From NCBI GenBank assembly GCA_031422435.1, contig JANPLU010000101.1, forward strand, positions 1-64,000: a stretch of DNA of 64,000 nucleotides. Reading direction: 5' to 3'. How positions within the stretch are numbered: the stretch's first letter is position 1; each line of letters begins with the position of its first letter. Below are positions 21,030 to 32,246 of the stretch, piece by piece. The position numbers were made by a program, and so were the translations under genes. The notes under the pieces are model-generated. The model was given only the letters and a program-made list of their open reading frames with translations, did not search any database and was not told the origin of the DNA. The stretch is from Acaryochloridaceae cyanobacterium VAR_48_metabat_390. Its GTDB lineage: Bacteria > Cyanobacteriota > Cyanobacteriia > Thermosynechococcales > Thermosynechococcaceae.

Positions 21030-21869
21030 ATGTTTGACCCCACTTGTAAGTTCCTTGCAGAAACCTTTTCGGCTGATTTTGCCACTTGGTTACTCGGTGA
21101 ACCCATTACCTTCACGAAGCTCACTCCAACGGAATTATCCTTAGAGCCGATTCGAGCTGATTCGTTGATTTTGCTGGATTCTGACGCTTTAATTCTTCAG
21201 ATCGAGTTCCAAACTGAGCCAGACCCTACGATGCCGTTTCGGATGGCTGACTACCGCTTAAGGCTGCATCGACGCTTTCCCAATAAACGGGTCAGGCAGA
21301 TTGTCATTTATCTCAATTCCACTGGATCCGAGCTGGTGTATCAGACGTTATTTGAAATTCCTGGTATGCGGCACGAATTTGAGGTGATCCGTCTGTGGGA
21401 ACAATCCACTGAGCCTTTTCTCGAAGCAACTGGGTTATTGCCTTTAGCTGTTCTGACCAAAACTCCAGATAAAGCTCAAACCCTTCGTCAAGTAGCAGCG
21501 AAGGTTGATGCGATTGAGGAAAAGCGGGTTCAAAGTAATGTAGCGGCTTCTGCTGGGATTCTGGCAGGGTTAATATTAGAGAAAGGATTTATCAATCAGG
21601 TTCTCAGGAAGGAAATCATGCAGCAATCTGTGATTTATCAAGAGATTCTTCAAGAAGGCGAACAAAAGGGGAGACAAGAAGGAAGACAAGAGGGTGAATT
21701 AACCTTTGCGCTTCGATTGATAGCCCATCGCTTTGGGACGATCGCCCCTGAAACGGAAGCCCAAATCAAAACCCTTTCTCTGATTCAGCTTGAGGATTTA
21801 GGCAAGGCTTTACTGGATTTTTCTCAACTATCGGATCTTGAAAATTGGTTGCGGATTCTTGGTACGTAG
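21030..21869 (+). CDS. Rpn family PD-(D/E)XK nuclease/putative transposase with C-terminal DUF4351
   Basis: EPIRADSL, IEFQT, RMADY, QEG repeats, LEDLGKALLDF tail. Confidence 0.88.
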   Translation: MFDPTCKFLAETFSADFATWLLGEPITFTKLTPTELSLEPIRADSLILLDSDALILQIEFQTEPDPTMPFRMADYRLRLHRRFPNKRVRQIVIYLNSTGSELVYQTLFEIPGMRHEFEVIRLWEQSTEPFLEATGLLPLAVLTKTPDKAQTLRQVAAKVDAIEEKRVQSNVAASAGILAGLILEKGFINQVLRKEIMQQSVIYQEILQEGEQKGRQEGRQEGELTFALRLIAHRFGTIAPETEAQIKTLSLIQLEDLGKALLDFSQLSDLENWLRILGT

Positions 21870-21939
21870 CGATCGCAGTCCTAACCAATACACAACCGAG
21901 ATCGGCGATTGCCCACTACAGTCAGAAGCAAGCGAGGAC

Positions 21940-22713
21940 TTAAAACTGATCCTTCATCCCTCGTAATCTTGCAAAGCTTTGAACGGGGTCTAACGCTTTT
22001 GTGGCTTTTAGGATCGCATCAGAATCCCAGCGCAAGAAAGGATTAGTTTGCTTTTCTACGCCTAGGCAAGCAGGCACCGTAGCCTCTAAGCGCTGCCGCA
22101 TATTCTGAACATCTTCATATCTTTGGCTCAGTACAAGGTTTTGCGGATCTACCGTGAGCGCAAACTTGAGATTATTGAGGGTGTATTCATGGGCACACCA
22201 TATTTGGGTATCGTCAGGCAAACAACGAATTTTGCTCAAAGAATTGACCATTTGAGCGGGGGTGCCTTCAAACAGACGACCGCATCCTCCAGAAAAGAGC
22301 GTATCTCCGCAAAATAGGTTGCCTGACGCATGAGGCGTGAGAGGCGGAAAGTAGTAAGCAATATGGCCTTTTGTGTGGCCTGGAACAAACAATACTTCTG
22401 CGGCAAGGGTTCCAAAACTGACGTGATCGCCCTCGCTCAGAAAAACCTGCTGCCCAGGAATTCGGCCTCGATCTGCCTCACTGGCATAGACTACAGCCTG
22501 TGGAAAATGACGCAGCAGCGCCAAGTTGCCGCCCACATGATCGCTATGATGATGGGTATTAAAAATAGAAACCAGCGTTGCCTTTAGCTCGGCTAGCTGT
22601 TGCAGCACTGGCTCTGCAACAGCAGGGTCAACCACAGCCGCAATATTGCGCTGAGGGTCATGCAGCAGAAAAATATAGTTGTCGTTGAGAACAGGCAGTC
22701 GGTAGATATCCAT
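21940..22713 (-). CDS. gloB: Hydroxyacylglutathione hydrolase (glyoxalase II)
   Basis: [36 protein letters not shown]. Confidence 0.95.
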   Translation of the reverse strand: MDIYRLPVLNDNYIFLLHDPQRNIAAVVDPAVAEPVLQQLAELKATLVSIFNTHHHSDHVGGNLALLRHFPQAVVYASEADRGRIPGQQVFLSEGDHVSFGTLAAEVLFVPGHTKGHIAYYFPPLTPHASGNLFCGDTLFSGGCGRLFEGTPAQMVNSLSKIRCLPDDTQIWCAHEYTLNNLKFALTVDPQNLVLSQRYEDVQNMRQRLEATVPACLGVEKQTNPFLRWDSDAILKATKALDPVQSFARLRGMKDQF

Positions 22714-22715
22714 AC

Positions 22716-24065
22716 CTACGATTGTAGTCGCCAGCCTGGTTTGACTACCTGACGGGCGCGAGCAATCACAAGAGCATCGTCCGGTACGTTCTCGGTTACG
22801 GTGGAGCCTGCCGCAATGGTGACATCAGCCCCTAGGGTTAAGGGTGCCACTAAAACGCTGTTGGAGCCTGTTTTGGTGCGATCGCCAATTACGGTCTTGT
22901 GCTTATTCACGCCGTCGTAATTGGCGGTAATGGTGCCTGCGCCAATATTGACCTGAGTGCCCGTTGTTGTGTCCCCTAGGTAAGAAAGGTGCGTGACGTT
23001 GGAGCGATCGCCCAGAAGGGTGTTCTTTAGCTCGACAAAGTTGCCAATGCGGCAGTTTTCGCCCACCGCAGCCTGTCCGCGCAGGTGCGCATAGGGACCA
23101 ATGGTGGTGCCAGAGGCTACGGTGCTGTCTTGAATGACGGAGAAGAGGATGGAAACGCGATCGCCCACTACGGCATTTTCCAGCATTGAGCCAGGACCAA
23201 TCCGACACCCTGAACCCACGACAGTATTGCCCCGCAGGTGGGTTTGTGGCTCAATCACCACGTCGGAGCCAAGGGTCACAGCGTCATCAATGGTGATGCT
23301 AGCAGGGTCAACCAGCGTCACGCCCCGCATCATCCAGTCATTCTTAATACGCGTTTGCAGCATTTGATAGGCTTGGGCAAGCTGTTGACGGTCATTAATA
23401 CCCGAAATTTCTTGATGGTCTTTTACATCCACCGCCATGACGGGGCTTAAGAAGTTCACCGCGTCAGTTAGGTAGTATTCTTTTTGATCATTTTCGGCGC
23501 TGAGGTTGGGCAACACTTCTTTTAGTGCCGACCATCGAAAGCAGTAAACACCCGCATTGATGCGCTGATTTTGACGCTGTGCCTCGGTGCAGTCCCGATC
23601 TTCGATAATAGACTGAAGATGATTGTTCTCATCGCAAAACACCCGCCCATAGCCCTTAGGGTTGGGCAACAGCGCGGTCAAAATGGTAGCGGCATTTTGC
23701 TGCTGTCGATGGGTTTCTAAAAGCTGCGCTAGGGTTTCAGGGCGCAGCAGGGGCACATCGCCATTCAAAATCAGCAAGTCGCCTTCAAAGTCTTGGAGTG
23801 CCGGAATAACCTGCTGGGCGGCATGACCTGTGCCAAGCTGCTCGGTTTGCGCCACAAATTCAACATCTGTGCGATGCGCCAACGCAGCTTTAACCGTTTC
23901 TGCACCATAGCCCACAATCACAAGACGTCGAGAGGGGTTGAGGGCTTCAACGCTATCGAGGGCGCGTTCAACTAAAGTTCGTCCCCCCAAGGGATGTACC
24001 ACCTTGGGAAGGGTTGATTTCATGCGGGTTCCACGACCTGCCGCCAAAATCGCTACTGCAATCAT
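22716..24065 (-). CDS. glmU: Bifunctional UDP-GlcNAc pyrophosphorylase/GlcN-1-P acetyltransferase
   Basis: [11 protein letters not shown], hexapeptide repeats, [11 protein letters not shown]. Confidence 0.96.
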   Translation of the reverse strand: MIAVAILAAGRGTRMKSTLPKVVHPLGGRTLVERALDSVEALNPSRRLVIVGYGAETVKAALAHRTDVEFVAQTEQLGTGHAAQQVIPALQDFEGDLLILNGDVPLLRPETLAQLLETHRQQQNAATILTALLPNPKGYGRVFCDENNHLQSIIEDRDCTEAQRQNQRINAGVYCFRWSALKEVLPNLSAENDQKEYYLTDAVNFLSPVMAVDVKDHQEISGINDRQQLAQAYQMLQTRIKNDWMMRGVTLVDPASITIDDAVTLGSDVVIEPQTHLRGNTVVGSGCRIGPGSMLENAVVGDRVSILFSVIQDSTVASGTTIGPYAHLRGQAAVGENCRIGNFVELKNTLLGDRSNVTHLSYLGDTTTGTQVNIGAGTITANYDGVNKHKTVIGDRTKTGSNSVLVAPLTLGADVTIAAGSTVTENVPDDALVIARARQVVKPGWRLQS

Positions 24066-24134
24066 GCTGTGTTCCTAGCCAGTCATCAACGGCACAGTAT
24101 ATCGTGGTTTGAACCGCTTTTCTATGCCTCAGGC

Positions 24135-24179
24135 TTAAGGATGCCGATTGCTGAATTAACTGCAAAATGGCATCCTTAA
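24135..24179. other. 11-bp perfect inverted repeat upstream of glmU
   Basis: TTAAGGATGCC (24135-24145) / GGCATCCTTAA (24169-24179). Confidence 0.6.
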
Positions 24180-24234
24180 TCGTTGATTAAACGGCTCTAG
24201 CGCACTGAAGCACTGGGGATGCTGGAGATTATCC

Positions 24235-24456
24235 CTATATTTTTGACATCAAATCGCTGAGGTGCAGAAGCCGTAAAGTAAAAGCCAAGCTGACTGCCTT
24301 CAACAGCATTGCCAGACTGCATTGGGGGAGACGTTGCGCACCACAGGTGACAAGGGTTTTGGCAGATACAGCAGGGCTTATGGTTAAGGCGACTGTACTT
24401 AAAAGCCCTGTGGTGATAGATAAAACTGCAAGAGATGCATTGATAGATTTCAGCAT
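24235..24456 (-). CDS. Small ORF with signal-peptide-like N-terminus, possibly a frameshifted remnant
   Basis: MLKSINASLAVLSITTGLLSTVALTISPAVSA resembles a Sec signal ending in AxA. Confidence 0.35.
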   Translation of the reverse strand: MLKSINASLAVLSITTGLLSTVALTISPAVSAKTLVTCGAQRLPQCSLAMLLKAVSLAFTLRLLHLSDLMSKI

Positions 24457-24756
24457 GGTGATATCCTCTCAGGATCTTGATGAGAGATGGATCAGCGCGG
24501 AATCCATTAATGACGAGACACCTCGCTGCCAGCTCTATGACTTAACTCTAGGGATCACTTCTGAGATGAGGCCGAGATTTGTATAAACTGATACTGAACT
24601 TCGCCAAATCGCTGGGGAAGTTTTGATACTCAAAGGCTCTAGCGTTAACCCTTTTTCTGAAGTGGGTGGCGGATGGGCAATCGCATTTCTTCTTTGAGCA
24701 GGTTTGAGTTTCGTTCCTGATGCTGTGAATCGGCATACAAAATCAGGATGTCTTAT

Positions 24757-26037
24757 TTATGATTTTGGAGGATTGGTGTCTACTAGGTTCACACAGGCAA
24801 CAGGTAGGGAATCTGCAATCAATTGGGTAAATTTTTTCTCAACCTCGATTAATACCTGTTGTCTATCCCAGTGAGTGATGGCGTAGCTGCGGGCTTCGTT
24901 ACCAAAATGCGCCCGTAAAGCCGCATCTTGACTGAGGAGTAGAATGGCCTTAGAGAATTGACTCACGTTTCCAGGCTGTACATTGACGCCTCGATTGGTC
25001 ACAATCTCAGCCAGTTGAGTATCAGGTTCTGCGGTAGAAACGACGGGGCGACCTGAGGCAAACATGGCTTTCAGTTTTGAGGGTAGAACCAGGGCGGCGG
25101 CCTCAAGGGACTGAGGCAAGAGATGGATGTCTGCCATGTTGAGCAGGTCGTTGAATCGCTCATCAGGCTGGAGATTTAAAAATCGAACGCTAGGGATATC
25201 CTCTGCTTGTTTAATCAGAGTTTGCCGCATGGAGCCTTCCCCTGCGATGATAAAGGTAATATTGGTGTGATGCTGAAGCTGACGGGCAACGCCGATGATT
25301 ATCTCCAGCCCTTGTTTAGTGCCTAGGTTGCCAGCGTAGAGACAAACAGTCTGCTTGGCGTCAATGTTTAGTTCGGTTCGGAAGGGGTTAATTTGCGCGC
25401 AGGGTCGAATGGCCTGGGTATCAACCCAGTTTGGGAAAAGCATGCTGTGGCTTTTGCTTATGCCCTTGCGATGGATGTGCGCAAGCATTTCTTCGCTGAT
25501 ACTCGAGACGAATGAAACCTGACGAAGAAGCCAACACTCAAGGCCAAAAACGATGTTTTTCAATGCCTCTAAGCGGGGAACCAAACCCAAACTAAAGCCA
25601 GCGTCTATTTCAAGGTCTTGAATATGAAGCCAGACTTTGCTGCCGAATAATTTAGAAATGAGCAGGGTGCCAGGCAAGCAAAAAATAGGAGGCTCTAGAA
25701 CGAAGATGATGTCTGGCTTCCAAGCTTGGCTGCGCTCCAGCAGAATGGGTAGGCTAGAAATTGCAAAGGACATTAGATGAAGAATTCGTTTTAGGCCAGT
25801 TGGATTTTTAGGAACCCAAATTGGACATCGAAAGATAGCAGTCGTCTGGCTGCTATCTGTTTGGTACCTCCAGCCACAGTAACCTGGCTGTATTTCCCAC
25901 TGTGGATAGTAGGGCGGGGCACAGATTACCTGAACTTCATGTCCCTTTTCAGTGAGCCAAGCTGCAAAGTCGGTGTTATATTTACCTATACCTACCAGTT
26001 CTGGATCATAATTTAGGCTGTATATGACTATACGCAA
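24757..26037 (-). CDS. wcaI: WcaI-family GT4 glycosyltransferase
   Basis: NYDPELVGIGKY, PPYYPQW, WLHIQDLE, YAGNLGTKQG, PSKL; start TTG. Confidence 0.85.
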   Translation of the reverse strand: MRIVIYSLNYDPELVGIGKYNTDFAAWLTEKGHEVQVICAPPYYPQWEIQPGYCGWRYQTDSSQTTAIFRCPIWVPKNPTGLKRILHLMSFAISSLPILLERSQAWKPDIIFVLEPPIFCLPGTLLISKLFGSKVWLHIQDLEIDAGFSLGLVPRLEALKNIVFGLECWLLRQVSFVSSISEEMLAHIHRKGISKSHSMLFPNWVDTQAIRPCAQINPFRTELNIDAKQTVCLYAGNLGTKQGLEIIIGVARQLQHHTNITFIIAGEGSMRQTLIKQAEDIPSVRFLNLQPDERFNDLLNMADIHLLPQSLEAAALVLPSKLKAMFASGRPVVSTAEPDTQLAEIVTNRGVNVQPGNVSQFSKAILLLSQDAALRAHFGNEARSYAITHWDRQQVLIEVEKKFTQLIADSLPVACVNLVDTNPPKS

Positions 26038-26589
26038 GCGACTATATCCCCTCTATCTATATCAAATGTTTCTAAATATTATTAAATCATATACTCAAGG
26101 AGGTTTTAAGTATTTATTTTTACGAAAGATGAGATAAAACCAATTAATTTATAATAAAATTAGTTTTTAAGAAGAATAATTCCCTTAAATTTCAATTACA
26201 TTTACTATCGTTCCGGGATAAGGAGTCTTTATAAGTATGGATAAATCTTTGAAATTTGTAAGATAGAGTTCACCTTTTGAAAGTTCCGATTACGGGTTTT
26301 AATTAGGCTTTGTTTTTCATCCCGATTCCTGGAACTGAGTTAATAGTGGCGCGGTCAAGGTCAACATAGACTCCTCGACCGCATTTATTACTTGAGATTT
26401 AATGTATGATTCTAGGCTGAGATGGCTGGGCGCTATACTAACAGTACAGATCTTTTAGATAGAGTAAGTATAGGCACTTCTCTTTTAACAATGTTTGTGC
26501 TGGCTTCTCTATCTGATCACTAGGAGATACTCAATTTATAATTTTTTGTATTGAGCAATACTTAATCCACGTTTGGTTTTATTTAAGTA

Positions 26590-28782
26590 ATGACAACAGA
26601 ATCTGAATCTCAAGCAGATTTTTTGAAGTATTGGCTTGTCTTAAGGCGGCGCTGGATCCCTGCCGCAATGGTTTTTAGCTCTACCTTGGGCTTAACAATC
26701 GCTTATGTGCTGTCGAAAACCCCTGTATATCGAATCCAAGGACAGCTTATTTATGAACAGGACAAAACCTCTTCTCTCCTTGGATTTGCCTCTGCAGCCA
26801 AAGATCTGGGATTAGGTGGTGGTGGTGACGGGGACCGAAAAATAGAGTCGGAGCTACGCGTAATTCTATCTCAACCAGTACTACAGCAGACTTTAGACTC
26901 ACTTAAAGGGAGCGTCTCACTGAATAGCCTACCCGACCTTGTGAGACTTAAAGATACCTTAACGGTCAAAAACGCCGTCAACACAAACACAATTCAAATT
27001 TCTTACGATGCTGAAGATTCAGCGTTTGCCGCATTGTTGGTTAATAAGCTGATGCAGGTTTACCAACAGAGTAATGTGCAAGCGACCCGAAGCGCTTCGG
27101 TAGCAGCACGGCAGTTTATTTCAACTCAGATACCTGAGGTACGCCAGAATGTGTTTCGTGCGGATGTTGCGCTGCGGCAATTTAAGGAGCGCTACAAGTT
27201 AACAAATTTAGAGGTGGCAACCAAAGGAAATGCCGAAAATCTAGCGCGGATTGGGGGACAGATTGATCAGGCTCAGGCGCAGTTGACAGGGCTAGAGAGT
27301 GATTACCGAAATTTACAGCAGAAGCTTGGGTTAAATGCGCAAGAAGCACTGGCGGTGAGTAGCGTAAGTCAATCTTTGGGTGTACAGGCTAGTCTTGCAG
27401 ATGTGCAGAGCCTAGAGCGAAAGCTAGAAGAAGCTCGCGCTCAATATGAAGAAAGCCATCCGATAGTGGTTGATTTAGTTGCTAAAACAGAGAAGGCTCA
27501 GGCGCTATTGAATAAGAATGTTGATGAATCTTTACAGGGGCAGGATGTGCCTGTGACCAGTCGCCTTCAGGTGGGGGCTACACAGCAAGAGTTACTAAAT
27601 TCACTGATTAAAACGGGTATTAGTCGAAATGGCCTTGGCAACCAGATTTCTACGCTGAATCAGCAGCGTGCGACATATTTGAATCAGGCCAAGTTTTTAC
27701 CTGGTTTGGAGCAGCGTCTGCGAGAGCTGGAAAGGGAGTTATTGGCAGCGGAGGCAACCTACCAGGCGTTGCTGAAGAGCTTACAAGAGGTGCGCGTCAG
27801 TGAAAACCAAACGATTGGCAATGTGCGAATTATTGAGCCAGCTCAGATTCCGAAAGATCCAATTGCGCCGAATAAACGGGCTGCGATCGCCGCTGGTACC
27901 CTAGCCGGAATTCTCTTGGCTATTGCGCTGATCTATTTACTAGAGACGACAGACACGCGGGTGAAACGGGTAGAAGAAGCCCAGACGCTCTTTGACTACA
28001 CGCTTCTGGGAACCATTCCCATTTTTCCTGAGCCGCTCCATAACCGAGAGCTATCGCGTTTGCCAGTTTTGAGCGATCCAAAATCTTTGATTAGCGAATC
28101 TTATCGGATGCTACAGGCTAACTTAAAGTTCTTGAAATCTGATGACCCCATTCAGGTGATTAGCCTTACCAGTGCAATGCAGGGGGAAGGTAAATCAACA
28201 ACCTGTGCGAATTTAGCGGCGGTTTTAAATGTGATGGGGCACAATGTGCTGCTGCTAGATCTAGATTTACGCCGCCCTACCCAGCATAGTATTTGGGAAT
28301 TGAGCAATGCGGCGGGGATTAGTGACTTTTTAGCAGGGCAGGTCAGCCATATTTCTGACGTGACTCGCACCATTCAAAAAGGCTTAGATGTCATTACTTC
28401 AGGTCAGCTACCGCCCAATCCCTTGGGGTTAATTGACTCTCAGCGAATGGCCGATACCATTCAAGAATGGACGAAACATTATGATTATGTGCTGATTGAT
28501 ACACCACCTACATCTGTTGCAGCCGATGCCGCTGTACTAGGAAGGCTTACGGATGGTCTTATAATTGTGGCACGGCCTAATATTTTAGATAAAAATACCG
28601 CAAGAGTTGCAAAAGACTATTTGAGCCAGTCTGGCATCAATATTTTGGGGCTGGTGGTGAATGGCGTTATTCCTGAAAATGAGTCTAACCACTACTATTA
28701 TTATTCTCACTATACCCACTATGCTCAAGACATTAAGCCAGAAAAGAATGAGGCATTTGAGAAATCTAAAATTGATGGGTAG
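26590..28782 (+). CDS. wzc: Polysaccharide co-polymerase/tyrosine autokinase (GumC/Wzc)
   Basis: Two TM helices around a coiled coil, Walker A GEGKST, DLDLRRP, IDTPP, C-terminal Tyr cluster NHYYYYSHYTHY. Confidence 0.92.
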   Translation: MTTESESQADFLKYWLVLRRRWIPAAMVFSSTLGLTIAYVLSKTPVYRIQGQLIYEQDKTSSLLGFASAAKDLGLGGGGDGDRKIESELRVILSQPVLQQTLDSLKGSVSLNSLPDLVRLKDTLTVKNAVNTNTIQISYDAEDSAFAALLVNKLMQVYQQSNVQATRSASVAARQFISTQIPEVRQNVFRADVALRQFKERYKLTNLEVATKGNAENLARIGGQIDQAQAQLTGLESDYRNLQQKLGLNAQEALAVSSVSQSLGVQASLADVQSLERKLEEARAQYEESHPIVVDLVAKTEKAQALLNKNVDESLQGQDVPVTSRLQVGATQQELLNSLIKTGISRNGLGNQISTLNQQRATYLNQAKFLPGLEQRLRELERELLAAEATYQALLKSLQEVRVSENQTIGNVRIIEPAQIPKDPIAPNKRAAIAAGTLAGILLAIALIYLLETTDTRVKRVEEAQTLFDYTLLGTIPIFPEPLHNRELSRLPVLSDPKSLISESYRMLQANLKFLKSDDPIQVISLTSAMQGEGKSTTCANLAAVLNVMGHNVLLLDLDLRRPTQHSIWELSNAAGISDFLAGQVSHISDVTRTIQKGLDVITSGQLPPNPLGLIDSQRMADTIQEWTKHYDYVLIDTPPTSVAADAAVLGRLTDGLIIVARPNILDKNTARVAKDYLSQSGINILGLVVNGVIPENESNHYYYYSHYTHYAQDIKPEKNEAFEKSKIDG

Positions 28783-28899
28783 AATGAATTCTGTGAATAT
28801 GAAATGGGGTTTGGTGGATTAAGATTATTTAATTTCAGAGGTGTAAAAAACGATTTAATCCAGGTTTAGCTATTGTAAACATCTAAATTCTAAAATCCT

Positions 28900-29700
28900 A
28901 TGATTACACCTAGTGTTCCAGTGGCTTTGCTTTGTGGGGGGAAAGGGACTCGTTTAAGAGAGGAAACGGAGTTTCGGCCTAAGCCAATGATTATGGTGGG
29001 AGATCGCCCCATGATCTGGCACATTATGAAAATTTATGCCCATTATGGCTTTACAGACTTCATGCTATGTCTGGGCTACAAGGGCGATATGATTCGAGAA
29101 TATTTTTTGAATTATGACTGGAACCATAGTGATTTATTGCTAGAGCTGGGCAGTAAGTCTATCAAAACCCTGAACAGCAGCCATGATGAAGAAGATTGGC
29201 GGCTATGGCTAATTGATACTGGGCAAGAAACCATGACGGGTGGTCGTCTGAAGCGTCTGGGTCGCTACCTAGATAGCATTGGTGCCGATACGTTTTTAGG
29301 CACCTATGGAGATGGGGTTGCAGATGTAGATATACAGGCGCTGTTGTCGTATCATCGCAGTCACGGAAAGTTGGCAACGATGACGGCGGTTAGGCCACCG
29401 TCTCGGTTTGGTGAGCTTTCTTTTGATGGCAATTTGGTGAGTAATTTTAAGGAAAAGCCTCAGACGAGTGAGGGCTGGATTAATGGGGGGTATTTTGTGC
29501 TGCACCGAAAGGTTCTGGATTTGATTGAGTCTGACGATACGGTTTTTGAAGCTGAGCCTTTAAGCATCCTTTCAGATCAGGGTGAGTTGGCGGTGTACCG
29601 CCATGAAGGGTTTTGGCAGTGCATGGATACATACCGAGAGCTAGAACTGCTGATTTCGCTTTATTCGTCTGGTAAGGCGCGGTGGAAGCTATGGGCCTAA
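28900..29700 (+). CDS. rfbF: Glucose-1-phosphate cytidylyltransferase
   Basis: LCGGKGTRLREETEFRPKPM, TMTGGRLK, GFWQCMDT. Confidence 0.95.
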   Translation: MITPSVPVALLCGGKGTRLREETEFRPKPMIMVGDRPMIWHIMKIYAHYGFTDFMLCLGYKGDMIREYFLNYDWNHSDLLLELGSKSIKTLNSSHDEEDWRLWLIDTGQETMTGGRLKRLGRYLDSIGADTFLGTYGDGVADVDIQALLSYHRSHGKLATMTAVRPPSRFGELSFDGNLVSNFKEKPQTSEGWINGGYFVLHRKVLDLIESDDTVFEAEPLSILSDQGELAVYRHEGFWQCMDTYRELELLISLYSSGKARWKLWA

Positions 29701-30815
29701 ATTTTTGGCAGGGCAAGCGGGTCTTGGTGACGGGGCATACGGGATTTAAGGGGGCATGGCTGTCGCTTTGGTTGCTTAGCTTAGGGGCTGAGATTTGGGG
29801 TTTTAGTTTAGAACCTAACACGATGCCTTCTTTGTTTGAGCAGTTGGGGCTAAAAGGTCTCTTGACCCATCAAGTTGGGGATATTAGAGACGCGGCATTG
29901 GTGCAGCAATGGATGAAGCAAGGGCAGCCTGATGTTGTGTTTCATTTGGCGGCTCAGCCTTTGGTGCGTCGCTCTTATGAAGAGCCTGTAGAAACCTGGC
30001 AGACGAATGTGTTGGGGACGGTTCATGTTTTAGAAGCGCTGAAGCAGCTTAATAATGCCTGTGCTGCGGTGTTGATTACGACGGATAAGTGCTACGAAAA
30101 CCGAGAATGGGTTTACGGTTATCGTGAGAGCGATCCGCTGGGGGGGTATGACCCCTATAGTTCGAGTAAGGCGGCGGCGGAGATTGCCATCGCCTCGTGG
30201 CGAAGTTCGTTTTTTGCAGGTGCGCATTCTGCGGTAGGCATTGCGAGCGCTAGGGCTGGCAATGTGATTGGTGGTGGCGACTGGGCGGAGGACCGTATTG
30301 TGCCAGATGCGATGCGTGCATTGAGTCGTCAGGAACCTATTGCGGTACGAAACCCTAGGGCGACTCGGCCTTGGCAGCATGTGCTGGAGCCGTTGAGCGG
30401 TTATTTGCGTTTGGCTCAGCAGCTATATAAAGCTTTAAATGACCAGACGGATGCGCTGGTTGAGTTGAGTGGTGCGTTTAATTTTGGCCCATCTTTAGCA
30501 TCAAATCGTCCGGTTGGCGATTTGGTGGATGCAATTTTGCAGCATTGGGCTGGGAGTTGGGTAGATTATTCCGACCCCAAGGCGGTGCATGAGGCGAAGC
30601 TTTTGAATTTGGTGACGGATAAAGCCTTTCATGGGTTGGGTTGGCAGCCTGTATGGAATTTTGAGCGTACGATTGCTCAAACTGTGGCTTGGTATCGTGA
30701 GACACATCAAGGGGGAGCCGAAGATAAGGATGCTATACAAGCGTTGACGTTGGCTCAAATTCAGCAATATCAACGGGATGCTGAGGCGGTTTCAATTCAA
30801 GGGGTTAGGGGATGA
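29691..30815 (+). CDS. rfbG: CDP-glucose 4,6-dehydratase
   Basis: TGHTGFKGAWL, AAQPLVR, TDKCY, DPYSSSK, RPWQHVLEP. Confidence 0.95.
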   Translation: MGLNFWQGKRVLVTGHTGFKGAWLSLWLLSLGAEIWGFSLEPNTMPSLFEQLGLKGLLTHQVGDIRDAALVQQWMKQGQPDVVFHLAAQPLVRRSYEEPVETWQTNVLGTVHVLEALKQLNNACAAVLITTDKCYENREWVYGYRESDPLGGYDPYSSSKAAAEIAIASWRSSFFAGAHSAVGIASARAGNVIGGGDWAEDRIVPDAMRALSRQEPIAVRNPRATRPWQHVLEPLSGYLRLAQQLYKALNDQTDALVELSGAFNFGPSLASNRPVGDLVDAILQHWAGSWVDYSDPKAVHEAKLLNLVTDKAFHGLGWQPVWNFERTIAQTVAWYRETHQGGAEDKDAIQALTLAQIQQYQRDAEAVSIQGVRG

Positions 30816-30896
30816 GGGAGTGCAAGGTGGATCACTTCTGACCCAGTATTTAGTTAAAAGTTCTGTTATTTGAAGACAAAACACTTATTTTTACCC

Positions 30897-32243
30897 ATGA
30901 CTCAAGCTATTTCTCGTCCAATCTCTCAATCGAATCAGGAAGCGGAACTTCGATCGCAGGTGTTTGATGCGGTGCTGAAGTTTTACGAGTTTAAGTTTGC
31001 GCCGAAAGCGTTTATTGCAGGTCAAACCTATATCCCTGTCTCGGGGAAGGTGTTTGATGAGGATGAGCTGGTGAATTTGGTTGATTCGTCGTTAGATTTT
31101 TGGCTGACGACGGGTCGCTACGCGCTGGAGTTTGAGGAAAAGTTTGCGGCTTGGATGGGGGTTAAGCATTGTTTACTTGTAAATTCGGGGTCTTCGGCGA
31201 ATTTGGTGGCGCTGTCGGCGCTGACCTCGCCAAAGCTGGGAGATAAGCGGTTGGTGCCTGGGGATGAGGTGATTACGGTGGCGGCGGGATTTCCGACGAC
31301 GGTAAATCCGATTTTTCAGAATCAGTTGGTGCCTGTTTTTGTAGATGTGAAGCTACCCAGCTATGACATTGATGTTGACCAGCTTGAGGCGGCGCTATCA
31401 CCTCGTACCCGTGCGATTATGATTGCCCATACGCTGGGGAACCCTTTTGACTTAGAGGCGGTGATGGCATTTGCCCAAAAGCATGACCTTTGGGTGATTG
31501 AGGATAACTGCGATGCGGTGGGAAGTACGTATGGGGGGCAAAAGACGGGGACGTTTGGGCATTTGGCGACGGTGAGTTTTTACCCAGCCCACCACATGAC
31601 GATGGGGGAAGGGGGTGCGGTGTTAACGAGCGATACGCGGCTTAAAAAGATTGTGGAGTCTTTTAGGGATTGGGGGCGGGACTGCTGGTGTGCGCCAGGA
31701 GTAGACAATACGTGCAATAAGCGGTTTGACTGGCAGTTAGGCAGTTTGCCCTATGGCTATGACCACAAGTATACGTATTCTCATGTGGGGTATAACCTCA
31801 AGATGACGGATATGCAGGCGGCGGTAGGGGTGGCGCAGTTTGAGAAGTTGCCAGAGTTTATTGCGCGGCGGAGAGAAAATTTTCAGTTTTTGTATGAACA
31901 GCTCCAAGGGTTAGAGGATGTTTTAGCTTTGCCTGAGGCGGGGTTAAAGGCTGAGCCAAGCTGGTTTGGGTTCCCGATTTATGTGAGGCCGGAGGCTCGG
32001 TTTAGCCGGAATGATTTGGTACGGCACTTGGAGGAGAAGCGGATTGGGACGCGGCTGATGTTTGCAGGGAATTTGGTGCGTCAGCCGCTTTATGAGGGGT
32101 TGCTTTATCGAGTGGTGGGGGATTTGAAGAATACGGATCGGGTGATGGAGGGTGTGTTTTGGCTGGGGGTGTTTCCTGGGTTGACGGAGGAGATGTTGCG
32201 GTATGTGGTTAAGACGATTCGAGAATTTGTGGAGGCTGCATAA
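30897..32243 (+). CDS. rfbH: CDP-4-keto-6-deoxyglucose 3-dehydrase (E1/DdhC)
   Basis: SFYPAHH (His in place of the PLP Lys), Fe-S cysteines DNC...DCWC-x7-C, YDHKY; ATG 30897. Confidence 0.93.
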   Translation: MTQAISRPISQSNQEAELRSQVFDAVLKFYEFKFAPKAFIAGQTYIPVSGKVFDEDELVNLVDSSLDFWLTTGRYALEFEEKFAAWMGVKHCLLVNSGSSANLVALSALTSPKLGDKRLVPGDEVITVAAGFPTTVNPIFQNQLVPVFVDVKLPSYDIDVDQLEAALSPRTRAIMIAHTLGNPFDLEAVMAFAQKHDLWVIEDNCDAVGSTYGGQKTGTFGHLATVSFYPAHHMTMGEGGAVLTSDTRLKKIVESFRDWGRDCWCAPGVDNTCNKRFDWQLGSLPYGYDHKYTYSHVGYNLKMTDMQAAVGVAQFEKLPEFIARRRENFQFLYEQLQGLEDVLALPEAGLKAEPSWFGFPIYVRPEARFSRNDLVRHLEEKRIGTRLMFAGNLVRQPLYEGLLYRVVGDLKNTDRVMEGVFWLGVFPGLTEEMLRYVVKTIREFVEAA

Positions 32244-32246
32244 GTT

